Positions 52,605 to 62,155 of a stretch of 64,000 bases of DNA are shown in pieces (the stretch's first letter is position 1; the number at the start of each line of letters is the position of its first letter). The notes beneath the pieces were generated by a model. It did no database searches, was not told where the DNA came from, and was given only the letters and a program-made list of their open reading frames with translations. The stretch is from a virus. A program made the position numbers and the translations under genes. The stretch spans positions 96,001 to 160,000 of IMG/VR virus record IMGVR_UViG_3300007734_000761; one strand, given 5' to 3'.

Positions 52605-53090
52605 TTATAAATCAATTATATGAATTAAACCACTTTTTGGATAAGTATGTTCTTTACCATCATTTTTTTTCATTATAATATTATCTCCATCAATTTTGGT
52701 AATTCTACCTACTTGTTGTCTAACACTATTCATATCTTTATATGACATTTTAGGTAAAACATTTAAACCTACTTTTAAATCTGCCATTTGGTTTGATTTT
52801 GGTTGGTCCATTCCAAAGGGTTTTGTTACATCTTTAAGATAAAAGAATGGTATTTTTTCTTCTTTTAATCCTATTTTTTTATCTCCAAAAGCATCATTAA
52901 TTGCATCCCAATCATCATGACTTACAGAAATTTTCTTTTTAGAACCATCTTCAAACTCAACATTATATGATTTGTCACCATTTTGTGTAGCATTTTTAAT
53001 TGTTTTTCCTTCACATTTAACTTCACTTAGTTGAGATTGTGGAGTTAATTTGTTTTCAATTAAAAACTTTTTTAAGTCAAAATTATCCAT
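52605..53090 (-). CDS. Tagged (MDNFDLKKFLIE) putative internal head protein
   Basis: Tag variant with LSE and LKEE linkers; ATATTTAT at 53095-53102. Confidence 0.65.
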   Translation of the reverse strand: MDNFDLKKFLIENKLTPQSQLSEVKCEGKTIKNATQNGDKSYNVEFEDGSKKKISVSHDDWDAINDAFGDKKIGLKEEKIPFFYLKDVTKPFGMDQPKSNQMADLKVGLNVLPKMSYKDMNSVRQQVGRITKIDGDNIIMKKNDGKEHTYPKSGLIHIIDL

Positions 53091-53101
53091 AGTAATAAAT
53101 A

Positions 53102-53566
53102 TTATTCAAAGTCTCTTCGGTAGAATTTTCCTAAAATGTTATCGCAATAACATAGATTATCTTGTAAACAGCCGTTTTCCATTTGGGCTTTTACTTCATA
53201 ATATGTTAAAAGTTTTTTATTAGAAACAATGTAAAGTATTTCTCTAGAAAATTCAGTGTCTAATTTACCTTTTTTAAATTCTAAAAAATCTTTACTTGAA
53301 CCCCAATATTCTAACCAGTCACTTTCTTTTTGAACTACTTTTGTAGTTGATCTTCTACCAGGGCCAGTTTGTTCTAATATTTCTTTTTTAGTAAGTTTTT
53401 TCTTTATGTTGTGGAAAAGAACTTTTTTACCAACATAATATCGTTTTGTTTCTTTATGGATTATTTTATAAATAAACCCATAAGTGTTTTCAGGAAAATC
53501 TGAAAGTTCGTTGAAATATTTAATATCTCCTTTTTTAAAAGTAAACCACATGCTATGAGCGTTCAT
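53102..53566 (-). CDS. GIY-YIG family protein (Seg-like endonuclease fold)
   Basis: YGFIYKI...YYVGKK, W..YWGSS, F.REIL and YYE motifs. Confidence 0.7.
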   Translation of the reverse strand: MNAHSMWFTFKKGDIKYFNELSDFPENTYGFIYKIIHKETKRYYVGKKVLFHNIKKKLTKKEILEQTGPGRRSTTKVVQKESDWLEYWGSSKDFLEFKKGKLDTEFSREILYIVSNKKLLTYYEVKAQMENGCLQDNLCYCDNILGKFYRRDFE

Positions 53567-53567
53567 T

Positions 53568-54524
53568 TTACCAATCTAATTTTACCAAAAATGTCAAGTC
53601 TGTTGCGTTTGAAAGCGGAACAGGTTGTGACATTTTTGCTACGGCCAATAATTGATTTGAGTCATTGTAAAAACCTAATGATCCTACGTAAGGACTGAAA
53701 TAACTAGCTGTTGCAAAATCTTTTAATTGATTGTCTGGGTATGTATAGTAAGTGCCTGAGTAATTGTAAGGTATTGTACTAGAAGTAATCCACACAGATG
53801 CTGATTCATAAATAAATCCGAAAGATCCGGTTGTTAATGTTGGATTATAACTTGTATTGAATTCATAATCTTTTACTCTACAAACCATATTTTGTTCGTA
53901 AAGTATATAGCTATTTTGAAATTGTATATTATTAAAAGAAGCTGACATTTTAGTCAATACTCCTAATCCTTGTTCGTAGAATATATTTCCTACACAACTA
54001 CTTTGTGAAACTATTATTCCTACTGAGCCAGTAAAACTAGATCCTGACCATCTTAAATTATATTCTCCATCATCATAAATAAATCCTCCACCACTTACTG
54101 CTGCTTGAAAAGTTGTAGGAATTATTTTATTAGAATATAATGTATTAGGAATATTAATTGTTTGAATACTACTTGTGTAAAAATTCTTTTCTATTGAATA
54201 TAAATTTCCTAATCTTAAAGCACCACTAACTGCATAATCTGTTGAAGTTAAATTTACTGTGTAATTTACAGTTTGATAATATGAAGATGTAGATAAAGAA
54301 TTTACTGGGTAATATTCAGGGTAGTAATTAACTAATACTGATTTATAAATTAAATTACTATAATTATAATCTAATTTATTTATAGAACTAGTATAACTTC
54401 CTGTTTGAAAAAAGATACCGTATTCTGTAAAATCAGATGCAGTGACAGACCATAACTTATTAGCTTCATAAGGTATAGTAAAGACGTCACTTACATTTAA
54501 TCTTTTTAATACGGTATCAGACAT
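53568..54524 (-). CDS. Virion structural protein (baseplate/tail), paralog of the adjacent gene
   Basis: VGNIFYEQG, EFN.SYNPT and GFYNDSNQLLAVAKMSQP motifs. Confidence 0.65.
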   Translation of the reverse strand: MSDTVLKRLNVSDVFTIPYEANKLWSVTASDFTEYGIFFQTGSYTSSINKLDYNYSNLIYKSVLVNYYPEYYPVNSLSTSSYYQTVNYTVNLTSTDYAVSGALRLGNLYSIEKNFYTSSIQTINIPNTLYSNKIIPTTFQAAVSGGGFIYDDGEYNLRWSGSSFTGSVGIIVSQSSCVGNIFYEQGLGVLTKMSASFNNIQFQNSYILYEQNMVCRVKDYEFNTSYNPTLTTGSFGFIYESASVWITSSTIPYNYSGTYYTYPDNQLKDFATASYFSPYVGSLGFYNDSNQLLAVAKMSQPVPLSNATDLTFLVKLDW

Positions 54525-55549
54525 TAATAATCAAGTTTTACTCTAACTAAAGTTTCTTTAGTAAAGTCTTTTTGTAAAGGTTTACTTAATTTAGCAACTG
54601 CTAATAACTCATTACTGTCATTGTATAAGCCAATAGCAGTAATATAAGTTACAGGACTATAAATTAATTGATTGTAAATTAAGTTTCCATCACTATCAAT
54701 AATAGTAGGATTTGCTGTATAGTTGTATTCAGCATTTTTAGCTCTACAGAAAATAAAATTACTACTTAATACTTCAGCAGCTTGTAAACTAAAAGCTCCA
54801 CTACTACTAATTAACTGGTAAACAGTTCTGTTATTTGGATTATAAAAAGGACTTGGAGGAGTTGTACTAGCAGGAGTTCTATTCCACCCAATTTCCAATC
54901 CAGCACTACCTGTAGGACACTGTAAAGCCATTGGATTTAACATAATAAGACCCATATCTGGGAATACATAACCATAACTTCCTGATACTGTTCCAGCTGA
55001 GCTAAATACACTTCCTTGACTACCACTTACTAAAGTATAATATTGAGTATTATTAATAAAAGTAGCAGTAGATTGAATTTGACTATTATCTGTTAAAGTA
55101 ATTTGATTTGAACCTGTTTTTAAAGTTAATGTTAAACTTCCTGGATTAAAACTTTGTTTATATCTTCCTCGTGCTACTGTTATTACAATAATATCGTCTG
55201 AGCCTGATACTGTATCAAACATAAACTTGCTGTTTTCATCTCCTAAAATTAAAGCTCTATATTGTCCATATATGTCTTTAGTAGGTGTATAAGTAGGAGC
55301 AGCAGCATTAAAGTAATAACTTCCAGATCCTAAAATATTACCATAAGCAATAGCAAATTGATTTTCTGCTGTATTTAAAGTAGATGCTGTTTGATATACA
55401 TTTAAGTAAAAAGCTCCAGTTGAACCCGTTGATTGAGCTGAACTTGTAAAAAATTGGGTTAGAGTATATTGATTGTTGGTCCAAGCAGCTGAAACTACTA
55501 CTTCGCTACTTACTACTTGATCGTCTAACGTTAATACAGAATATGACAT
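54524..55549 (-). CDS. Virion structural protein (baseplate/tail)
   Basis: F.RAKNAEYNY..NPT and YITAIGLYND.NELLAVAKLSKPL.KDF..E.L.RVKLDY motifs. Confidence 0.7.
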   Translation of the reverse strand: MSYSVLTLDDQVVSSEVVVSAAWTNNQYTLTQFFTSSAQSTGSTGAFYLNVYQTASTLNTAENQFAIAYGNILGSGSYYFNAAAPTYTPTKDIYGQYRALILGDENSKFMFDTVSGSDDIIVITVARGRYKQSFNPGSLTLTLKTGSNQITLTDNSQIQSTATFINNTQYYTLVSGSQGSVFSSAGTVSGSYGYVFPDMGLIMLNPMALQCPTGSAGLEIGWNRTPASTTPPSPFYNPNNRTVYQLISSSGAFSLQAAEVLSSNFIFCRAKNAEYNYTANPTIIDSDGNLIYNQLIYSPVTYITAIGLYNDSNELLAVAKLSKPLQKDFTKETLVRVKLDY

Positions 55550-55551
55550 TA

Positions 55552-56217
55552 TTATTGTTTTTTATTAACTGTGAATGGAATACTAACTCTTGCTCCTGAA
55601 TTTCTACCAACAAAAGTAATTGTTGTAGTTACAATAGTTGTTCCTGAAGGGAAAATATCGTTTAAACTAGTAGCTGTTAATGTAAATGAAGTTCCAATTT
55701 GTGAAATACTTAAAGGAGCACCAGATGTTGTTGGGGTTGGTGTTAAACTTGGTAAGGCTGTTGTATTAACTCCAGTACCTGTAAAACTTCCTACTAAGTT
55801 TTGGTTTGAGATTGTTGCTAAATAACCTAAAGGTTCAACACTTTCAATAGTACCTAAATAGTTTAATGTAGTAGGATTAATGACAATTGTAGCTCCTTGT
55901 TGTAAACTAATACTTGCTCTACCTCCAATATTCAATACCGGTAATTTAGCAGTACCACGAGGTAAAGTTACTAATTGATATTTCATATCTTGAGTATTAT
56001 CTACAAAAGCCTGTAATAAAGGCATAGCTTCAATAGCTTCTCCATAATATGCTGATCCAGAAGGATGATTTGGATTATAAAGTGTATAATCAATTTCATC
56101 ATCTGATAATGAAAATTGAGTAATTCTGAATGAACCATCATTGCGAGCTAAAAGCTCTCTGCCTTTTGTTGTTAGAACCGCATCTACGGTTACATATTCA
56201 TTATTTAAGTATGCCAT
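55552..56217 (-). CDS. Virion structural protein (baseplate-associated)
   Basis: MAYL.N...VDAVLT.KGRELLA....F.IT.F.L.DDEIDY.LY pattern. Confidence 0.7.
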   Translation of the reverse strand: MAYLNNEYVTVDAVLTTKGRELLARNDGSFRITQFSLSDDEIDYTLYNPNHPSGSAYYGEAIEAMPLLQAFVDNTQDMKYQLVTLPRGTAKLPVLNIGGRASISLQQGATIVINPTTLNYLGTIESVEPLGYLATISNQNLVGSFTGTGVNTTALPSLTPTPTTSGAPLSISQIGTSFTLTATSLNDIFPSGTTIVTTTITFVGRNSGARVSIPFTVNKKQ

Positions 56218-56227
56218 ATTGTGTTAT

Positions 56228-56235
56228 ATAAATAT
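56228..56235 (-). promoter_or_regulatory. ATATTTAT putative late promoter
   Basis: 10 nt before the ATG at 56217. Confidence 0.6.
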
Positions 56236-59200
56236 TATGGGATTAAAAGTTTTGATGATAGACTTGATATTATGTTTGGTAAATTATTTTTTAGTGTAGA
56301 GCTCATGTATTTAGGTAATATAAATGATGGTGCTAAACCTGGTTGAGATTTAACGGGGTTATTATTTAATATAATATAACCTGGGTCAGAAACCAAACGT
56401 CTTATAGCAAAATAATCTAAATTTTGTCCTTGTGGAGTTCTATCTAAATATAAGAATAAAGGTGAAGCATAAGATATACTTGTAGCTCCGCTAAAATTAT
56501 ATGTAACACTCGCTGATACAAATGTATAACTATTTAATGTATCAGCGTTATATGGATCTCCTACATAACCTGCTTTAAGAATTAAAACATCAGCTGAGTT
56601 TGAGGCTGTTATTCCAGCAAAAGTACTAGAATAAAGTGCTGCAGATTTACTAACATTAAAAACAGCAGAAGCAGAAAATGCAAATCCTGTTGGTGTTTTA
56701 GTAGTAAATGATGAAGTTACTATATAAATGTTAGTTAATGTATTACCTCCAAGAGGAGCAGAAGAAGTGAAATTAAAAGTAACTCCATTAACACCAAAAG
56801 AACCTATACCAGTTGAAGTAGCACTAGCAGAAGCATATGTTAGGCTTCCACTTACTGATCCTGTTGTTATTAACTGGTTTATAGAATTTATTGATGAAGA
56901 TAAAATTGTATAAACTTGATTTTCATTTCCACCAAATCTTATTTGATCATAAGATTCTATAGTAAAAGGTAAAGGATTATTAAATCCACTTCCTGTTCCG
57001 TTTGTTACAACAGGAATCTGAGCATAACCAGGTCCGTAGTAATAACTTAATGCTGTTGAAGCTGTTAAAACTGTTCCTTCAAAACTACTTGTAAAATAAT
57101 AACTACTTGTTACTACTGGTGCTGTATTTGATGCTCCTGCAGTTATTATAAAATAAGTATCTGTAGGAGATGTTCCATTTACTATATGTAAATTATTTCT
57201 TTTACCTGGAGTGTCATTACACTCGTATGTTACATAAAATTGGTCTCCTTGTAAATATGTAGTTGTTGTTTTTAATTGAACTAAAGCATATTGATTTCCA
57301 CCTATATTTGTTGTATCTGATGATAATATAGTTCCATTTTTGTATAATTTAGTAGTTATTCCTGTTATTTGTCCTGCATTATCATTATAATAATATACAG
57401 ATCCAGTAAGTTGTACTTGATTATTGAAATTTCCAGGAGCTGTATAAGTATATGGAGACCATCCTCCAGCATCATCTTTAATAATTGTAGTATATTTTAT
57501 TCCTTCAAAATTTACAGGAACATAATCTCCATTAGGAACGTTTTTAATATATGTTTCTATATTTGTTAAAAACCCATCAATACTAGCGAAAGACATTGTA
57601 GGACGGAATCCGGGTTGTAAATAAGAAGTATTCCATGATCCCGTATCTGAATATATTACGGTTTCAAGTCGTTTTAATGGTTGATAAACAGTTGTATCAA
57701 AATCTTGGTTAATACTTCCACTACCATTATATATAGCAACAGCTACTGGTGAATTACTTCCAAAATTTTGGTCTGTATTATACCAATAAGAAGAACTTTG
57801 TTCTGGTTTGAATATACTTCCTGTATTATCTATTAAATATTTTACGTGATATTCAGTACTACCGTATCTATTAGCTAAAGTATTTTGAGCAGTATCTACG
57901 AAAAGAATATATTCTTGAGTTTGTTCAACGTTTGGAAGAGAATTATTTCCTAAAAATGTTGTATCATAAGTAATAATACTAGAAGTAGTAGAAAAAGTTT
58001 GGTTAAAATCTAAAGCCGTTGTTGAACTACCTATTTCTCTACTTTTAACATATCCAGCATCACTTAAATTAGTATCTTGCCATTCAATAGAAGATGAAAA
58101 TTGAGTAAATACTCTATTATCTACTTGTCTTATAAAACCATTAAAATCTACTTGAAAATTATTTGCTGGTGCTGAAGTAGCGCAAAATCCTAAAGTATCA
58201 TATCCTAAAGAATTTTCTATAGCTTCTACATAAATAAAGTTAGGACCATAATTTGGAAAAGGAGTTGAATTAATAACATCACATAATACTGGTGTTCCAC
58301 TACAATTTACATAATTAAAGTAAATAGGATTATTAGCTTGAGAGGGTGTTCCACCTTGAGTTCCTAAATTCCATACTTTATATCTAACACAATTACCTAA
58401 AGCATTTGTATTAATAGATTGTGATGTTGGTAATTTTTTAAATTTAAATTGAGATTGAGTGTTTGGAACAACATTATTATCTAAAGCATCCCATCCTTCA
58501 TATTGTTCTACAAAAGCTTGTCCTTCATTAAATCTTCCTAAGTCTTGTAAATAAAAATTTGTACTACCTATTGTAGTTACTTTGTCTTTACATGCTGTTA
58601 ATTGTACTACTCTTTGTGTAATTCCAGAGTCTACTTTAGTTTCTCCATTACAGTCAACCCAAACAATTTGTCCATCTGTAGTAACTTGATATTGATGACA
58701 ATCACAAATAGCTCTAGTAAATGGGTTATTTTGGTCATAGGCACTCCAAATTTCAATAAAACTTCCACTTAATTCACCATCAAAAAACGCTTCATTTATA
58801 GCTGAATTTCTCGAACAGCAATAATCTCCTGAATTAGATCCTACAATAGCTACTGTTTCTGTTTGACCATCATAAGAAGCTGTGTTAATTGTAGGTTCAT
58901 ATCTTCTTGTTTTACTTCTTTCAAGAATATGGGGTTTAATTACAACACCAGAAGCATTATTTGCTCTACCAGGGATATAAGTTTCTAAATATCTAAATAA
59001 AGATTTATGATAAGTTTCAATTAATTGAATAAAATCTTTATAATTGTAAGGACTAATATATTTTTCAAAGTAATCCTCTTGTAGTGTTTCTAAACCAGGA
59101 TAATAATTTAAATCACTGTATCTTGGGTCCCCTATTATTTGATCTAAATTATATGTAGTACCTAATTGAGCTATAATATCATTATTTATTTGATCTTGTG

Positions 59201-61826
59201 GACTAAAACCAACTTGAGTTAAATGAATGTCATTAGTTCTACTACTTGTAGGATTATTATAAACTACTGATTTAAGAGGTTGTAATCTATTAGTTGCTAG
59301 TGTTTGACTTTCTATTCTTATTTTATCTGTATTTGGAACTGAATATCCACCTACTGCTGGTTGAGTATAATACTGTTCTGTAAAGTAAACATAATCACTT
59401 GGTTGCCAAGTTCCATTAAAATATAAAAAATAATTAGGAGTTAAATTTGGTTGACTTCCTGTTACAACACCAAAATTAGTATATAAATCATTTCCTAAAG
59501 GAAATCTAAATATTAAATTATCATAAGCATCATTTGTAGTATTACCTACGTAAGATTCGGGGTTAAGAGTATGAGAATTTAGGACAGATTCACTTAAAGA
59601 TATTGCCCATCCTCTTAATTCTTGTAATTGAGAATAACAATTACCTAATGATAAACTTGAAGGAAGAGTAGTAGAAAACAATGGATTTACGTTTCCTAAT
59701 TCAATTCTAGTAGTAATATCATCATAAACAGGAATAGAATATGATGTAGAAACATTATATCCTATTTCACCATTTAATTCGTTTTTTACATATAGTTTAG
59801 ATCCAGTTCCTTCATTTTGCCAAACTACATTCCACCAATTATATTCTTTATTACTACCTGTTACAAATGCTGGTATAGAAACACTTTGAGTTTGATTTGT
59901 TGTATTAGTCCAAAGAACTACATTAGCATAATCATAACCATTTACACTAGTTGGTTGTAAATAAATTACCCAATTAGCTGTTGAAGGATTAAAATGATCT
60001 GATCCTATTAATAAAGTTTGATTATTTGATGTATTTAAATCAGTTGGTTTAAATCTAAATTCTATATTTTGTATACCATAAGAACTTGTAGTTAAATTAT
60101 CTACAAAACTATATTTAAATGGTTGGAATTGTAGTGCTGAGGTAAATCTAGAATAATTATATTCTACTGTATTGCTTGTTTTATCTATACCACCAAATTC
60201 CATAGGGAATAAAATAGTATCGGGAATACCATAAAGTGTATTTAAATAATTAACAAATCTGTCTGTTCCTTTACTTTTTAATAGTGTAGGTAAGTTGGCA
60301 TATATTCTTTTAAATATACTTTTTGCTTCATCTTGACCTGATAAAGTATATTGTGATGCTGTAATCCCTGTTTGCCAACTTTGTGTTACAAAAGTTTGTG
60401 TTCCTGATTGATTAGATCCATATAGCCAATCGTATATATTATCTTGATCTCCATCTGTATATAATGCAATTCCTAAACTTTGTAATGCATCTCCTACTAT
60501 ATCTTTACTAATACCCTGATTTAAACCATTTTCAGCTTTCCATAAATCAGTCATTGCTTTAATATAGATCCAAATGTCATCAAACATCTGTCCCATAGAA
60601 TAAACAAAAGGAGCTACTTTATTAAAAGTAGGACTTTCTTGTAAATAAGTAGGTAATCCATATATTAAATTATTATTATTAAATTCATCATAATAACTAG
60701 CTGATGTGTAATTTAAATTATACCATGCAATTCCTTGAGAACTTGTTACTGAATAATTTATATATGGTTTATTTCCTGGGTATTTAGGCCAAGATTTACT
60801 TCCAGATTCAAAATATAAAAAGTTTTCATAAGCATCAAAACCTTTAATAACACTGTCTAATTGTTGTTGATAAACAATAGCATCAGGACTAGTAGCAAAA
60901 CTAACTATATTAGCATTATATGCTTCAATTTGGGTTAATTTATATTGAAATGTTTCAAGTTGTTGAGTTGCTGATCCAAAATGTATAAAATTTTCATAAT
61001 CGTTGTAATCAACATTTATAGTAGGATTACTACTACTAATAAAAGTAAGTAAGTTTTGAAACTCAGAACTAGTATAATTTAAAATTTGATCATAATTATA
61101 ATAATTGCTTGAACCAATTCTAAAACTATCTACATCTAAACTAAAATTAGCTTCTCTAAGTGAAGGTAAATTATTTTGTGATGTGATTATATCACTAGTA
61201 AGAACGGCTTGATATTCTTGAGTATTTACTATTTTTTCTACAACATTTAACGGAGAATTAACAACAAATGTTTCTGGAAGTGGGTTTTGTAATTTAATTA
61301 TTACAGTAACATTTTCATTAATATCTTTTTCTGCTGCCATAGATAAGGCAGGATATATTATATTATTACCAAAATCTAAATAATATTCAATAAAATAATT
61401 TCTATTTTGAATAAGATCAATATATGCTATAGCGTTACTAAAGAAAATATTTTGATCTGTAGTAGTAGCAATTTTAATCTCTTTTCTATCACTAGATATG
61501 GATTTAATAAATAAATCTAAATTTGGATTTTGGGTAAGTAATGGTCTAAGAAAATTATAAACCATTCTATATGTACCTAATCTGAAGCCTAATCGCTCAA
61601 TATCTTCAGCTGGATCGAAATTTATTTCTTTGTTTTCAGTTACACTATAAAAATCAAAAGTAGGATCATTTCCTACTAAAGTATTTATATTATTGTAAAT
61701 AAACAATTGTACAAAATCTTCAGAAAGACCAAAAAATCTAGTCATCTCCTTAGAAGCTACAAGATTTTGCTCTTGCGGAGTTAAAATACTAGGGTTGTCA
61801 TATAAAGGGTTTATAACAATTGACAT
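56235..61826 (-). CDS. Large baseplate wedge-like structural protein (1863 aa)
   Basis: FIHFGSA, MGQ.FD.IW.YI, KRIY.NLP.LLKSKGT, YGIP and IKPHILERSK motifs; LamG-like central region; lies in the baseplate cluster. Confidence 0.65.
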   Translation of the reverse strand: MSIVINPLYDNPSILTPQEQNLVASKEMTRFFGLSEDFVQLFIYNNINTLVGNDPTFDFYSVTENKEINFDPAEDIERLGFRLGTYRMVYNFLRPLLTQNPNLDLFIKSISSDRKEIKIATTTDQNIFFSNAIAYIDLIQNRNYFIEYYLDFGNNIIYPALSMAAEKDINENVTVIIKLQNPLPETFVVNSPLNVVEKIVNTQEYQAVLTSDIITSQNNLPSLREANFSLDVDSFRIGSSNYYNYDQILNYTSSEFQNLLTFISSSNPTINVDYNDYENFIHFGSATQQLETFQYKLTQIEAYNANIVSFATSPDAIVYQQQLDSVIKGFDAYENFLYFESGSKSWPKYPGNKPYINYSVTSSQGIAWYNLNYTSASYYDEFNNNNLIYGLPTYLQESPTFNKVAPFVYSMGQMFDDIWIYIKAMTDLWKAENGLNQGISKDIVGDALQSLGIALYTDGDQDNIYDWLYGSNQSGTQTFVTQSWQTGITASQYTLSGQDEAKSIFKRIYANLPTLLKSKGTDRFVNYLNTLYGIPDTILFPMEFGGIDKTSNTVEYNYSRFTSALQFQPFKYSFVDNLTTSSYGIQNIEFRFKPTDLNTSNNQTLLIGSDHFNPSTANWVIYLQPTSVNGYDYANVVLWTNTTNQTQSVSIPAFVTGSNKEYNWWNVVWQNEGTGSKLYVKNELNGEIGYNVSTSYSIPVYDDITTRIELGNVNPLFSTTLPSSLSLGNCYSQLQELRGWAISLSESVLNSHTLNPESYVGNTTNDAYDNLIFRFPLGNDLYTNFGVVTGSQPNLTPNYFLYFNGTWQPSDYVYFTEQYYTQPAVGGYSVPNTDKIRIESQTLATNRLQPLKSVVYNNPTSSRTNDIHLTQVGFSPQDQINNDIIAQLGTTYNLDQIIGDPRYSDLNYYPGLETLQEDYFEKYISPYNYKDFIQLIETYHKSLFRYLETYIPGRANNASGVVIKPHILERSKTRRYEPTINTASYDGQTETVAIVGSNSGDYCCSRNSAINEAFFDGELSGSFIEIWSAYDQNNPFTRAICDCHQYQVTTDGQIVWVDCNGETKVDSGITQRVVQLTACKDKVTTIGSTNFYLQDLGRFNEGQAFVEQYEGWDALDNNVVPNTQSQFKFKKLPTSQSINTNALGNCVRYKVWNLGTQGGTPSQANNPIYFNYVNCSGTPVLCDVINSTPFPNYGPNFIYVEAIENSLGYDTLGFCATSAPANNFQVDFNGFIRQVDNRVFTQFSSSIEWQDTNLSDAGYVKSREIGSSTTALDFNQTFSTTSSIITYDTTFLGNNSLPNVEQTQEYILFVDTAQNTLANRYGSTEYHVKYLIDNTGSIFKPEQSSSYWYNTDQNFGSNSPVAVAIYNGSGSINQDFDTTVYQPLKRLETVIYSDTGSWNTSYLQPGFRPTMSFASIDGFLTNIETYIKNVPNGDYVPVNFEGIKYTTIIKDDAGGWSPYTYTAPGNFNNQVQLTGSVYYYNDNAGQITGITTKLYKNGTILSSDTTNIGGNQYALVQLKTTTTYLQGDQFYVTYECNDTPGKRNNLHIVNGTSPTDTYFIITAGASNTAPVVTSSYYFTSSFEGTVLTASTALSYYYGPGYAQIPVVTNGTGSGFNNPLPFTIESYDQIRFGGNENQVYTILSSSINSINQLITTGSVSGSLTYASASATSTGIGSFGVNGVTFNFTSSAPLGGNTLTNIYIVTSSFTTKTPTGFAFSASAVFNVSKSAALYSSTFAGITASNSADVLILKAGYVGDPYNADTLNSYTFVSASVTYNFSGATSISYASPLFLYLDRTPQGQNLDYFAIRRLVSDPGYIILNNNPVKSQPGLAPSFILPKYMSSTLKNNLPNIISSLSSKLLIP

Positions 61827-62155
61827 TATATATTTGTATTAAATTCGTTTATTTGTTCTTGTAATAGTTTATTTTGTTCTTGTAAAAAATTTAACTGTTC
61901 TAATAGTAAATTTAGATCTAAACCTAAATATTCACTACTTCTCTCTACAAGAGTAGTATGAGAATTACTACCAGTTAAAGGAATTTCATAAAATAAAATA
62001 TCATAATTTTCAAAAAATCCATCTACGGTAGGTATAGCTTCAACAGTTTGTTCAATAGGAGAAGGAGTAACAAAATTACTAAATTGTGTATCAGTAACTA
62101 TATTAATATCTTTACTATAGACTAATTTTTGAGTTGGAATTGTTATTTTACTCAT
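61826..62155 (-). CDS. Hypothetical protein with a C-terminal coiled coil
   Basis: FF..Y..LFYEIP..G.NSH..L...S..Y pattern. Confidence 0.65.
   Translation of the reverse strand: MSKITIPTQKLVYSKDINIVTDTQFSNFVTPSPIEQTVEAIPTVDGFFENYDILFYEIPLTGSNSHTTLVERSSEYLGLDLNLLLEQLNFLQEQNKLLQEQINEFNTNI

Noticed and set aside
53102-53566. Mobile homing endonuclease element
   Set aside because: Only the GIY-YIG-like domain is present, with no DNA-binding tail or intron context, so mobility is unsupported; kept as a CDS.
26747-57569. Short plus-strand ORFs opposite real genes (e.g. 26747, 28160, 29212, 32221, 45126, 48638, 55571)
   Set aside because: Fully antisense to well-supported genes, with no recognisable motifs or upstream signals.
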